A stretch of DNA of 64,000 nt. Origin: Cyanophora paradoxa CCMP329 (taxonomy: Eukaryota; Plantae; Glaucophyta). The notes under the pieces are model-generated. The model did not search any database. It was not told where the DNA came from and saw nothing but the letters and a program-made list of their open reading frames with translations. The position numbers were made by a program, and so were the translations under genes. The stretch lies in NCBI GenBank assembly GCA_004431415.1, contig QPMI01000525.1, positions 38,187-102,186 on the forward strand, given 5' to 3'. This document shows positions 25,901 through 37,900 of the stretch, one piece after another. Positions within the stretch are counted from its first letter, which is position 1, and the number at the start of each line of letters is the position of its first letter.

Positions 25901-28900
25901 CGTGACCAGCGCGCGATCCCCCTCACTTGCATAGCTAATTATATAAATTTAATGCGTATGAACACCGACCTGCTCGTCGTTCAGAGGAGTGTCCTCGAGC
26001 AGCTCCCCCATCCCGAGCACGCCGTTCAGCGGGCTGCACATGTGCACGCGGGTCAACGTAAACGTTAAAACGTTTGATTCGCGCATGCGTGCGACGTTTG
26101 CACGAGAAAAGTCATATATAGCCTCGGATGCGGGTCAGCGTTTGCGCATGCGCGCGAATGTTGCAGCGCATGTATCGCACGTACGTTCGCAGCTCGTGAA
26201 CAGTGTAGGCGAGGAACCGGTTCTTCGTCTGCAACGTCGCCCCGCGCGCGCGCGATTCGCGATCGGGTGCACGTGAAAGAAATGCATCGCATTCGGAATT
26301 CAGTACCCACCTCGTTGACTGCCTCGGCCTCGATGCGCCTTCGCTGCTCGGTCACGTCCTGCAGGCGGTTTATTGTTCCGCAGTGCTCTAGATCTTGAAA
26401 ACGCGCAGTTTCGACGGGAGCCGCACCTGAGCGACGATGATTGCGCCGGTCGCGTTGCCGCACGCGTCGCGCCGCGCCGTGGCGCTGATGAGCAAACGCA
26501 GAGGTCGGGTTCCATCCGAATTCAGGCTGTTGGGCGAATCCGAACGCCGAGCGGGCTGCGCTCGTGTGCGGGCCAGGGGCGAATTGCATGCAAGTCTTTA
26601 AAGTTGCGAATTCGAAGGAGTATGTTAATAGTCAGGCTTGCTGCACCTGGACATTAATATTGCAATTGAGAACGATTTCCATCGGCTCGTCGTGTGGCCA
26701 CGTGCACGCGCACTCGATCATATTGCTATTGCTCATCGCCTGCGCGTTCATTTCTTTGCGGTTGGCGCATATATCGCACGGCGATACTCGGCGCAACGTT
26801 AACTATCTTAAGCTTATGCGATACGTTTTATACGCGCAGATTCAGAGGATCCCGGTTTATGCATGAGCACCTCGGCAATGAGGGAGCGCGTGGCACTCTG
26901 ATCGGCATCGGCTACAAGGCTCAGAAAGGGCTTCCCCACGACAGAAGCCTGCGCGCGTGCATCGTAATTGATTGGCGGACGCGCTTCAGTGCTCAGAACG
27001 CCACGCGGGCAGCAATCGAACGACACCTCAGGCAGGCCAGTGACGCGTGCGGCGGCGCGATTCCAGCCCGTGACGAGGAGCTCCGTGTTGACGGACACGA
27101 AGGGGCACGCGGCGTTGTCGACGACCCGTTGGAGCTCGTCACGCGTGATTCGCGCCCGGAGCTGCGACGCGTATTATTATTCAATAACTGATCAAAGGAG
27201 GACTTAAGCTTTCTGCTCAAGATCAAGTACTAGCTATAGCGCAAGCTCGGATTCGCACCTCGCTCTGCGTCAGAGCCGCTTCCATAGCCTTCGAAGACAA
27301 CGCAGGCGTTAACGTTAATTTTATTTACGGGCCTGCGTGCGCGTTTTCGCGCCACTGACCTTCCGCCGCGAGATATCGCGAACAATGAGGACGCGCAGGG
27401 TCTGGTCTCCGTGCACCATCCAGCCGACCGAGAGTTCCACGTGCACGTGCATCAACTGCATAGATCTGGAGTCCCGAGAGGCCCCGAGGCCCTGCGCGCG
27501 CGCCCGCAGCCGGTCATGATTATAGCGTTCCACCGCCTCGTTAATTATAAGCCTCCGGATCCGGCGTCCACGTGCGCTCACCGCCGGCGTCAGATGTCGC
27601 GCCAGGCCACGGCACTCCATGGTGACGCCCTCCGATTGCTACGCGAGCGCATCGATATCGGATATCCGGATCCCGTCGTTTAGCTCTGTCTTCGAAAATT
27701 AATGTGTGCTTTCTAGAACCTACAGCTAAGATCTAGAGTACTCTCCGTGGCTCTAGATCTGTGCACCGGAACGGCAAGGAACGATGCCAAGGCTGTTCTC
27801 TCTTCCTCAGCAATGTAGTCCATGACCGACGGCCGCGAACCGAGCTCCGCCTCCACTTCCGCTGCGAAAGATCGATCACAAAATTGAGATTGAGACCTTG
27901 AGCAGTATAATGACTCCCACCGCTCGACGATGATGGGTAGAAGAGCCGCCGGGCTTTAATTTGCAAAACAGCAATATCAAAGCGACGAACGACGGGACAT
28001 TTCGGGCATTTCTGCGCATGCACCCGCGGCGTTCATGTGTAGGATCGAGCCGAGCTCGCCGAGTACGATGAGGGAGTCCGATATCGAGCTGGTGACCTCG
28101 ATGCCCTGCTGAAGCTTCTCCAAGGCTTCTCCGACCTACGTACACTGACGCGTCGGTTGCGCGTGCGAGATATTAATCGCGCCTCAGGTGTAGAAGGACG
28201 GATTCTCGCACGCGGTCAAGCTCAGAGATGAACGAGTGCACGCGATCCGAGTGCTCCGCCTCGGTTGTTGTCGATATCGCTGCTGCTTGCTGCTCCTGAT
28301 CATGTGTGGAGAGCAGGGTCGAACCGAGCGCCTCGACGTCGATGGCCCCGGAAGAGCTCAACCGTCGGTGGCGTAACGCGGGTCCGGGGCCAGCTGCAGG
28401 CACGGCGAGAGCAGGAAGCCTCGAGCTGCTCCGTGTACCTCCGGATCTCACTAGTGGCTGAGAGCTCGAGCTCGAGGAGAACGAGACCGGGAGTGGCGTC
28501 GCGATTGCGATGTCCCGATCGGCACCCAGTGAGAAGAAGGACAACTTGTCCAACTTCCTCCGGAGCGCGCGCATTGTTCTTCCCACCTGCGCATGCCCAT
28601 GGTCAGCGCTAGCCCTTACGTATATATGCGCGGTCGCCGTCCGGATCCGTGCACATGTACGTACACATGCGCGACGTACCTCGACGACAATGAAACCGCC
28701 AAGGAGCAGAACGACGGCGCCGCACACGCTTGCGACGACGATGAGAACGATGTTCAGCTTCTCCACATGCCCAGCTAAATCTATTCGATGTATTAATGTA
28801 CAGCTGATCATTGTAGTTATATAATAATTGGGATTGATATTGCGAGGTACCCGTATGGGGGACGGCGACCCCAAGGAGCAGCTGGAGGGATTCTTCTGGG

Positions 28901-31616
28901 GAGGCGCCGGGCTGGCCGACGAGTTTCCTCCAGCGCACGTCGAAGCGCTTGCCGTCGAGCTTGAAGCTCGCGGGGTCCATAAAGCCGCTGTCCGCGTCGA
29001 ATTCGAATCTGGCGTCTGCTGCGCCGGACTGATTCGCTCTCGAAGAACCTATCTTAGAGATGTCTGCTGGCAAGGTCGCCATGAGCGCCTGCGAAAACAA
29101 AGCGTTAATAACTGTGATCCGAAAATGGCAACGCGGCTGTCGCTTATAAAAATAGGACCAGATCTGAATAGCGCGCGCCTTTAGCTCGGGATCTGACAGC
29201 TCATCCGTCGGGACGAAATCGAACACGTTGCCTTGTTTGGAAACCAACGGCACGGGTCGCATAAGCACCTCCGGGCGCTGCGGTCGGCAGTGAGGGGCGA
29301 ATATCGCAGTGCGCTGCGGTTTTGAATCATGGAGCTCGAGGCTCTTGGAGATTTCAATATATATGCATTATTTCGAGAACTGCGCGCGCACCCTCCAGGA
29401 AACCGCGCGTGCGGCGCCGGTGTGGTCGTTCGCAACAAGCACGGCGAATCCTGCTTGATTATAAGCGACGTCGACGCCACATCAAAGAATTTGCCGGAAG
29501 CGACGTTAATACAGATAAGGACACAAAGCTGTTGTTTCCGCAATGCCCATGCGCACCGTGTTTTGCAATTCGAAGCCTATTGACATAGCTATGAAGCCCC
29601 GGGTGGCTCACAGACACCTACGAATTCGCCGCAGAGATTCGGTCAGCGACTCAGTGCTTGGCGCGCAGGCGCATACGCAAGGAACGGTGTATACGCATAA
29701 GTCGATATCGATTTGTCTCGCAGAAATGCAAACAACATAGGAAAATATAGGTACGGGTATTCGCGCACCACGGCGCGAAGAGCGCGTGGCAATGCTCGCG
29801 GGTCGTCTCCCGGCCAATCAATCTTATAGACGAGGTCGGGTTCAGGTCGAGCTCCAAATCAGGTGAGATTTGCAATTAATATTGGCGGTATAGAGCGCGC
29901 GCGAGGTATCTAGTCAAGCCGTCGCGTCTAGATCTAAATCTCTGCCTGCGGACAGCTAGAGAAAACGCTCCGGTCCACGTGCACGTGCGCCCTAGGGCTC
30001 TCTTCCGCAGCTGCAGAACCTCACCTGGACCTCCGAGGGCGGCTGGGTTGCGTTCAGGATGCCGCCGAGGCGGAAAATTGCCGCCGCTGAGCCCGCGTAG
30101 AGGGGCGTCACGTATGGAAGGGTCGTGACGCCCACTTTGACCTCTTCTGCAGCCGGGAACGTAGGGGACCAAACCTGAGGCACAGAAGTACACTCAGACG
30201 TGGCGCGCGTACCGACTCTGATTTTCTATTCGACTCCGGTACGCACAGGCCTCCGGGCTTTCCGAGCGGCGACGAAGAAAGGTTTTGCCCGGGGATCCGT
30301 TGTCACATTGTAAGCGATTGCGAACGTCACGAAATTGCCTTTTCTGTCAATGTACGATGCGTGCTGATCCACTATCTGCAGAGCATGCGCAGTCTATCGG
30401 GAAGCGTGTTGTGGCGTACGCGTGCGAATTCGGATCATAGGCATCGGATTTAGGCCAGACGATTAATATTGAGATGCGCGCGCCTGTTCCCGATCGCGAT
30501 CGCGAGCGTGCGAGGTATTCAGGCGCCACTCTAAAAGAGTGAACGGCGCAGAGGCTTCCGGATGTCTGTCGACAATTTAGAGGTCGCGAACTGGACGCAG
30601 GTTTATATATATATCCGAGTTGTTCCGCACTTTGTCTTGAAAGAGGGATCGAGCTCCCGCTTCATGACCACGTTCTCCCTGTTAGGAAGGGCTGCCGACA
30701 AAATTAAAGTTTATTATTCTCGCAACCGAATCGCTAAAATTATTAAATCCCCGCGGCGACAGCGATCGCGACCGTACCGAACTGCAGCACAATTGATTAG
30801 ATCTTTCCTCTGATTTGCGGGCGGCGGTCGAGAATTCCTATATATGTTTGCGCACCCCGATTAATTGTATCTCGTTGCCCCCGCTTCCCGCGAGGGCCGT
30901 CAAGGCGTTTCTGGCCAGCACTGGAAAGTCCGCTGACGTGTACACCCTGGCTCCGGCCGTGGAGGACAAGCGTGAGCGCGAGCTTCTGCTGAAATATCTA
31001 GATCTCATCATAAAGCCCAGATCGCACCGATCTCCCAGGTCGCGGAACGTGCTCGCGGCGAGGCGGACGGATGCGCGCTCCGAGATATTCCGAATGCTCC
31101 CAAAGTACTGCGCGAGGAGCTGGAAGTCAGAGCTTTGCATGGCAATTGCGATGTATATGAAATGTCTGTGCGAGCGATCGCGCGCGTCTGCGTCTGAGAT
31201 CTAGAAATGACCTGGTCTACGCGATGGCCGATTTGCTCCAAATAGTAGAATGACAGCTGCTCCTCGGTCCTGTTTGCGTATACAGTGGACACAACGGCAA
31301 TTATCTGCGTGGCATTTGATTGCGAGCTCCGCGCGCGATCGCCGCTGCAGGCGCAAGCGGCCCCAGCGCGGGGCCCGCCACGGCCGCGCACCACTACAGA
31401 CGACACCAAGACGAAGATCATGGCGGGAAAGATGCACGTGAAGAGTCTGCGAGCGGCAGGCAAGCATGCTTTGCGGTGAGTTTCGCAAAGACAGCATCGC
31501 AATCGGGGTGACAATTGAACGCGCCCGAGGTGGACGCGTGGGCGTCTGAAAGCCTGAGCGACGCCACGCCGCCGCGCGCCGCGCGAAGAGTCGCGCGGGG
31601 TGTCCATGTTGCGCAT
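19938..31616 (-). CDS. Membrane-bound hybrid sensor histidine kinase: TM-extracytoplasmic sensor-TM-PAS-PAS-HisKA-HATPase-degenerate REC-REC
   Basis: Spliced motifs: H-box [26 protein letters not shown] (26230-25985), VIVNDLLD, GKLDLESIPFDL, GDPCRLKQIVTNLTFNGVKFTHRG, VTDTGLGI, IFKDYVQAD, GGTGMGLAVSKRLVEQMDG..GHGSTFFF. Receiver VVDDVDMNRKV..LILMDLEMPVLGG..RPLRK. PAS VTGWNRAAARVTG..VVGKPF. Hydrophobic helices at ~31445-31260 and ~28760-28680. Confidence 0.88.
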
Positions 31617-31954
31617 GAAATTTTGCCGGTGGCGCCTCCTCTAGTGCTCGAGCGCTTGCGCGCGCAATAATAGTTGCTATAGTAATAGCTAGAGTAAAAT
31701 AATTAATTTTAAGAGTAGCTAGGGGAGGGGGGGGGGATCCGGAAGCACAGGATCGAGGTTAAAGGAGGGTGGAGGGGGGGAGAGAGATCTAGAGGGCAGA
31801 AGTGGGAGGAGAAGGGCTGGAGGAGGGGGATCGCTAGCTAGCTGTTCTATCGCGAAAATTCGAGGGGAGATCTAGATCTACAAGTGCAAGATCTAGATCG
31901 AGAGCTCGAGGAGCCCGATCGACCCTTGAGCTTTCGCTGCGGCACGCGATATCG

Positions 31955-34900
31955 ATGGAGCGGCGCCGCGCCACCGTAGAGGGCGAGAACGCAGTGCGCT
32001 TGGATGAGGCGCGGCTGGCGGCGCTTCGGGAGCGCGCCGAGGAGGAGGTTCGAATTTGCGCGAAGACATCGCGTGCCATTTTTGAGCCGCGCGCCGAGCT
32101 CACGCCAGGCCGCGCGCAGCCGCTGGAGTACGTGAACGCGGTGCAGGGCTTCGCGGCGCTCGTGGCGGTCGACGCCGAATTCCGCGTCGTCCACGCGAGC
32201 GGGAACTGCGCGTCGTTCTTCGGGCTTGGCAGCGACTTCGGCAGCGTCGTGGGGCGCACGCTCGACGTTATATTTGATCGAGAAACGGCCATGGAGCTTC
32301 AGGAAACCGCCGAGGAATGCCGAAAATTGCAGTCGACGTCGGAAGGAGCGGAAGGCACGAGCGAATCATCAAGCAAGGTGGAAATGAAGGTAAGTCGTTT
32401 CGATTCGACTCTCATGATCACTTGCCACTCTCACTTTTCCTATGGCGGCATCTGACCCTGGGGCCGGGCTTATCGTTTCGCGTCCGCAGATCGAATTGAA
32501 AGGACGCGTGATGATCTGCGTTCTGCACGCTATGCGCGAAGAGGACCTCACCTGCATCGAGATCCAGCCCTGCACATGCGGTCCGCCGCTGCCTGGCCCA
32601 TCTTATGTTGAAAGCTGTACTACGTATACGCGGAGCGAATTCAAACTTGAATCGAAGCTTATTGCGATCGGCTCTGCGCTTGTACAGTGACAGATCGTCG
32701 ATTCAAGCGCCGGGTTGCTCTTTCGCAAGTTCACAAAGCAGTCGGTGCGGTTGCGTTCGTCGTGATTTATCAATGGGCATTGCCACGTGCACCCTTGCCC
32801 GTGTCACTCGATTGTGCAGAACGCTTCAGCTCGTGCCCTGACCTGCAGTCTATCTGCAAAGAGGCGGTGGTGCAGGCGCGCTGCGCGTTGTATTTGCGAT
32901 TTCTTGCAATTTCCCCCAGCTTTCGTTTCCCTGCTGATCGGCACGTCACGCCGGCAGCTCATCGGCATGCTTCACTTCGATAGATGCCTTTTTTATCGGG
33001 TACGAATGAGAAGGCCTTCACAGTGCTGGAGCAGACTAGAGGCTCGGCAATTCTTGAAAAACAACCTAAACGAAGTTTTTAGAGAATGTGGCCGGTGATT
33101 CACCATACAACTGCAAAAACTGAATTGGAAAACAGCGCTTTTTATGATCGATGCTTATAATTAAATAATTGGTTCTTCATTTCAATACACGATTCTGTCT
33201 TGACCTTCTCCCAAGTTCGATCGGAACGGGGAGGGTTGCGTCGTCGCCGAGGTCCGTGAGATCTTGATCATGAGCTGACATTGCATCAATATCTGGAACT
33301 CGTGCTCAATCGCTTTAATTTCGCATCGGCTAACACAAGAGCTTTGAACAGGAGATCGCGGACGACGCCCCACCCCAGATCGAACGCTATCTCGGTTCGA
33401 TTCCCGACACGCGCAATTACAAGTCCTGCCTGGCTATTACCTGACGTCGACTGCGGCCGGTCGGCAGGGCTGCGGTTCCCCGCGTGGGATATCCCTCTGG
33501 CGGCGCGCCGTTTCTTCCTCCGCAACCGCCAGCGCCTCATCCAGGACGCTTCTGCGCGTGCGAACCCGAATTCAAGACTGAAGGGTTTCCTCTTGCGCGC
33601 TCACAAATCTTCTTGGGGCAGCGCCCGTTGCCATCGAGCCGCCTCTAAACAGTCGGACCGGCCGCCCCATCGACTTGACTTACGTCGATTCCCGCCGGGC
33701 GTCTCCCTGCCACCATATCCTTGCAACCTCTCGGATTCGCGCTCTGCTTGAATTCGCACTACCGGCCCTCGACTCCTGCTCACTGCAGTACATGCTCAAC
33801 ATGGGTACTAGCACGTCCCTCGTCAACGCCGTCGTTGTCCACGGGCGGCTTTTCGGTGCGTAGACGCAGACAATGGATGCAGTGGCTCCCGATGATATCG
33901 GGCCGCGCCCTTGCAAATGTACTCGCTCGCAATCGAGCGCAATCGAATGTCTTGCAGGCCTCCTGGTCTTGCACAACGTCCAGCCAGTGTTCATCTGCCG
34001 CGACGTGCGGCGGGGCAAGGCGATTTTCACAGAGGTTCCTTCCATTGCTATTTTAGATCTCACTTATCTCCTCACGTATCTGTCCATGAATTCTCTGAAC
34101 TGTTCACAGAGCGTCGGCTTGGCGCTCGAGAAGCGGCTCGAAGTACTCAAGCACGCATCCGAGGCCCGCGGCCGCGAACTCCACTTCAAGGTCGTCCGCG
34201 TTTAATGAGTATTATTATACGCGGTGATACAATATTAAGTATCTGAAGTTCGCGGCGGCTAATAATTGAGAATCCTGTTTGCGGATTGGGATGCTGATTA
34301 ATATTCGCACGCACCGGTACCTTTCTTCGCGTCAGGTCTTGAGTCGCGTGACCCAGGTGTGCATGCGCACCCAAGCTTGCGTGCATTTTAAAAATAAACA
34401 ATTTTTTGGGGCATTTCATATATATCGGCCGGAATTCGACTTCGAATCACTTTCGCAGACGCACGAGAAAGACGTGCTCGACGAGCTCTGCGCGCCTGGG
34501 GGGATACTGGACGCGATCCCCGCCAGCGACGCCGCCGCCTTCGTCCTGTTCCCTGAGCCGGCGGAGGCTGCGGACTCGCCCATTGCGGCGGCGGCGCGCG
34601 TGCCGCGGGTGCGCGTCGGGTGCTGCAGCGGGGCCACTGCCGCCGCCCTTGAGGCACACGTCTCCGTGGTACGCCTGCGCTCGCGCTTCGAATCCAATTA
34701 TTCATACGTGCGGCAATTTCCCTTCAGCTCTGCCGTGACGCCGTGCCTGCTCGATGGGTGGCCGAGAGGCGCGCGGGGAGGATGGAAAAGGAGGTGCGCA
34801 TCCGTTTCGACGGAATATTAATAGAGGAAATGCATACACACAGATCGCTATCCCCGCCATTATCTAATTATACGCCCCACTCTCTTACAAGTACTCCGTT

Positions 34901-37900
34901 GATATACGCCCATCCTTCCCTGCAATACTGATGTAATTACGACCGCACCGCCCACCCGCACCAGCCGGCCGCGGATCCGTTCGTCTGGTGCACGGACAAC
35001 GTCGCGGGAGAGCTCCGCGTGCTCGCCCGCGCCCCGTGGCTGTCGGATGAGGTTCTGAAATTCTTATCATTTTATCTACTTTGTTCGTTTGCTCGTGTAT
35101 ATGCGTTTGCTCATCGAAAATACGGCAGCGGCGGGAGGCGCTCGTTCGGCTCGCCGAGCGGTGGCCCGTCGAGAAGGCAGCGGGCTGCATCGTCGTCGAG
35201 TTCATTCACGGTCGCGGGTAATTGCGCAATTGCCGCGGCGCATGCCTGCGCACGTGGCGGCCTAATCCCATCTCGAATCTTTCAGGTATCTTGTGTTTCT
35301 GCGAAAGGCGTCCACCAACCGGGAGACGCTGTGGGGCGGTGATTTGCAGGAACAATCGCAAGGTTCTCTCAAGACGGAAAAGTTGTCCCCCCGGTCCGTC
35401 TTTGAAAGTCCGATTGCATTTTTCCACAATAGTATGATCTTTAAATTGATCATGAACACGTACCCTTCTGCAGAAAATCATTTGCCACCTGGAAGGTTTC
35501 GTCCTTTGCGATCATCAAAATTGGCCTAGTCGACCTCCCGCCTTTTTGTATTGATCGTCTTTGCGCTTTCAGGAGCTTCATGAAGACAAGTCTATGCCTT
35601 ATTCGGAAGAGGACGGCTTCTTCGCCGGTGACTCGCCATACTTGCGCAGACGATAATTAACGAAGGCGATGTTTGACGCACGTAATTTGCGATTAATATT
35701 TTCGCTAACGCGTCCTCACGGTAGCCGCGGTGGGACGGGGCCTGGCCGACGCGATCCAGCTCGCTGAGAGCCTTTACTCCCGCGGCCGCTCTTTGATTGA
35801 GGTGATGATCCTAAATTATAATTCATTGCAAGGTCATATATAAACGCTTTGATCGCCTGTGGTTCGAGCAGTTAAGCGAGCGCCTTCGGCTGCGTGAAGC
35901 GAACCTGACGGACCCCATTGCAACGGAGGATCTCGAGCGGAACCGGGTGTTCGACATCGTTCCGGCAAGTCGTCGAAAATGCGCGAACGACATTGCGAAT
36001 TCTTGAGAGACCCGTGTTTTCTCCGTAGGTACCCGTTGCAAGGGTGGACGCATCGATGTGCATTGAAGGTCCGTCTATGTCATGATAAGCTGCACGTTTT
36101 GAATTCTCAGCGATGTCGCTGATTGTGAGCGCGCTTCTCCGCAGATTGGAATGCCGCCTGTGAAGACTTTTTCGGGTCGGCACGCTGCACGTATAACGGC
36201 GCCGGCCTGCGCATAGCCATGGCTCCCCATGGCCATAGGCTTTCAGCTGCGAGGTTTGCATATTCGTGAACTCAAAATCGAGCTGCGGCGCAGGCGCTCG
36301 CGCGAGGAGGTGCTCGGCAAGCCCTTCGCGGAGACGTGCTTCGCTTCCACCGGCCCCCAGTTCGCCACCGGTTCGAATTCGCCGCGCGGGCGGGCGCGTT
36401 GCAGATCTAGAGCAAACGTACATTATTGTCGACGTCGCCCCCGGTCCAGACTCATCATCGCTCTGCTTGCAGTTCGATCGCTGCTAGCCTGTGCCCTGTC
36501 TGGCATGCATTGCCGCGACGATGCCGTGAGCCGATTTCGCACATCGATATCGATTCCGACAAGAGCCTAGGCCTCTCATGACCACCTCGGCCGCTCCTTA
36601 TTAAGATTGCTATCATATTTAATTCAGATTCGAGATCCCGCCATCGGACAGTGTCCAGGCCAAGGCTGCCCCGTCTCAACCAAGCTTCGAGCCGAGGTAC
36701 GCCTCTTGGAATTAGCTATATAGGGGTCTAGTGCAATTCGACGTTTATACGTTTTATATTCATTCGACGATGGCAGATTCCGATGCGGCGGCCAGGCGCC
36801 GATCGCGATACCGTAGTATGCATCTATGCCGTCCCGGTCAGATTTCTCGCCGTCTGTTGAAGGGCCGAACGGCACTGACACACGCATTAATATTCGTCGA
36901 CAGCGCTTCAGTCCGGCGCTCAGCGGCATCTGTGGGGCAACGGTCGTTTGCGAGGGCGAGCGCGCTGCTTGCGTCGACGCCGAATCGTGCGCTTGCTCCC
37001 GTTTATGCAAGCCGCAGACGTCGACGCGCGCGTGCTGGAGCAGGACCGCCGCGTGCGTTGAATTTGCGTTAGAGGGCGCTTAAGCTTGTAGATTAGCGCT
37101 CTCATTTCCCGCCATCATGACCTGATCTGATTTGCGTGTAACCATCGATATCGATACTGCGTACGCAGTCGACTTCCAAGGCAGCGAGCGCAGCCGCCTC
37201 GATCTCTTTGGCGACGGTCTCCCACGGTCCGTTGGCCCGCTCGCTTTTGCTCAAGCTCGTTCGCTCGCGGTTGTGTGTGTGCGCGCGCGCGCCTCGTTTA
37301 CTAATGACGAGACCGATCATGCGCCGGAACATCGATATCTGCAGAAGTCCGGACGGTTAGCTATACATGTTCATGATCGCTACGCTATCTCTACAGAATC
37401 TGACCGGTATTCATTCGCTCGTCCTCAATTCAGCCTCTCAGCGGTTCGGATTCGAGTTTGATTCTTCGTTTTTAAGCTTTCCCGTCCGCATCCGCGAGCT
37501 CTGCCTGACGTGCCCGACATGCGCAGGGCTTCTCGGCATGCTCCAGCTCTGCATGTCGGCGTTCAAGATGCTCTTCGCATTCGGTTCTTTCCTCCAGCCT
37601 CACGCACTCGCGTGCGCCGCATGCGCAGGGACACGCCTCTGCCACAGGACGCCGCTAATTTTCTGAAGAAAGCCTACAATTCAGGTGTGAACGCGCGCTC
37701 TAGAAATGGACGAATTCGAACGTCTTGAGCTCGGCAAACATTCATCTCATGCCAATGCTTCAGCGGAGTACCTGCAGATTCTGATGTCCGACCTGTTTGA
37801 CGTTTCTCTCATCGGAGCCCGCAAGCTCGCGTGCGCCGCTTTCCTCCGCCCGCGGCCAGCATAGGCTCTGATATATTCAAATCGTATCGAATTGCAGGCT

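Noticed and set aside
32048-32119. Apparent N-terminal Cys (RICAK) suggesting a biliverdin-binding bacteriophytochrome
   Set aside because: It lies in an in-frame 72-nt GT-AG intron; removal restores the EEEPLEYVNAVQ spacing.
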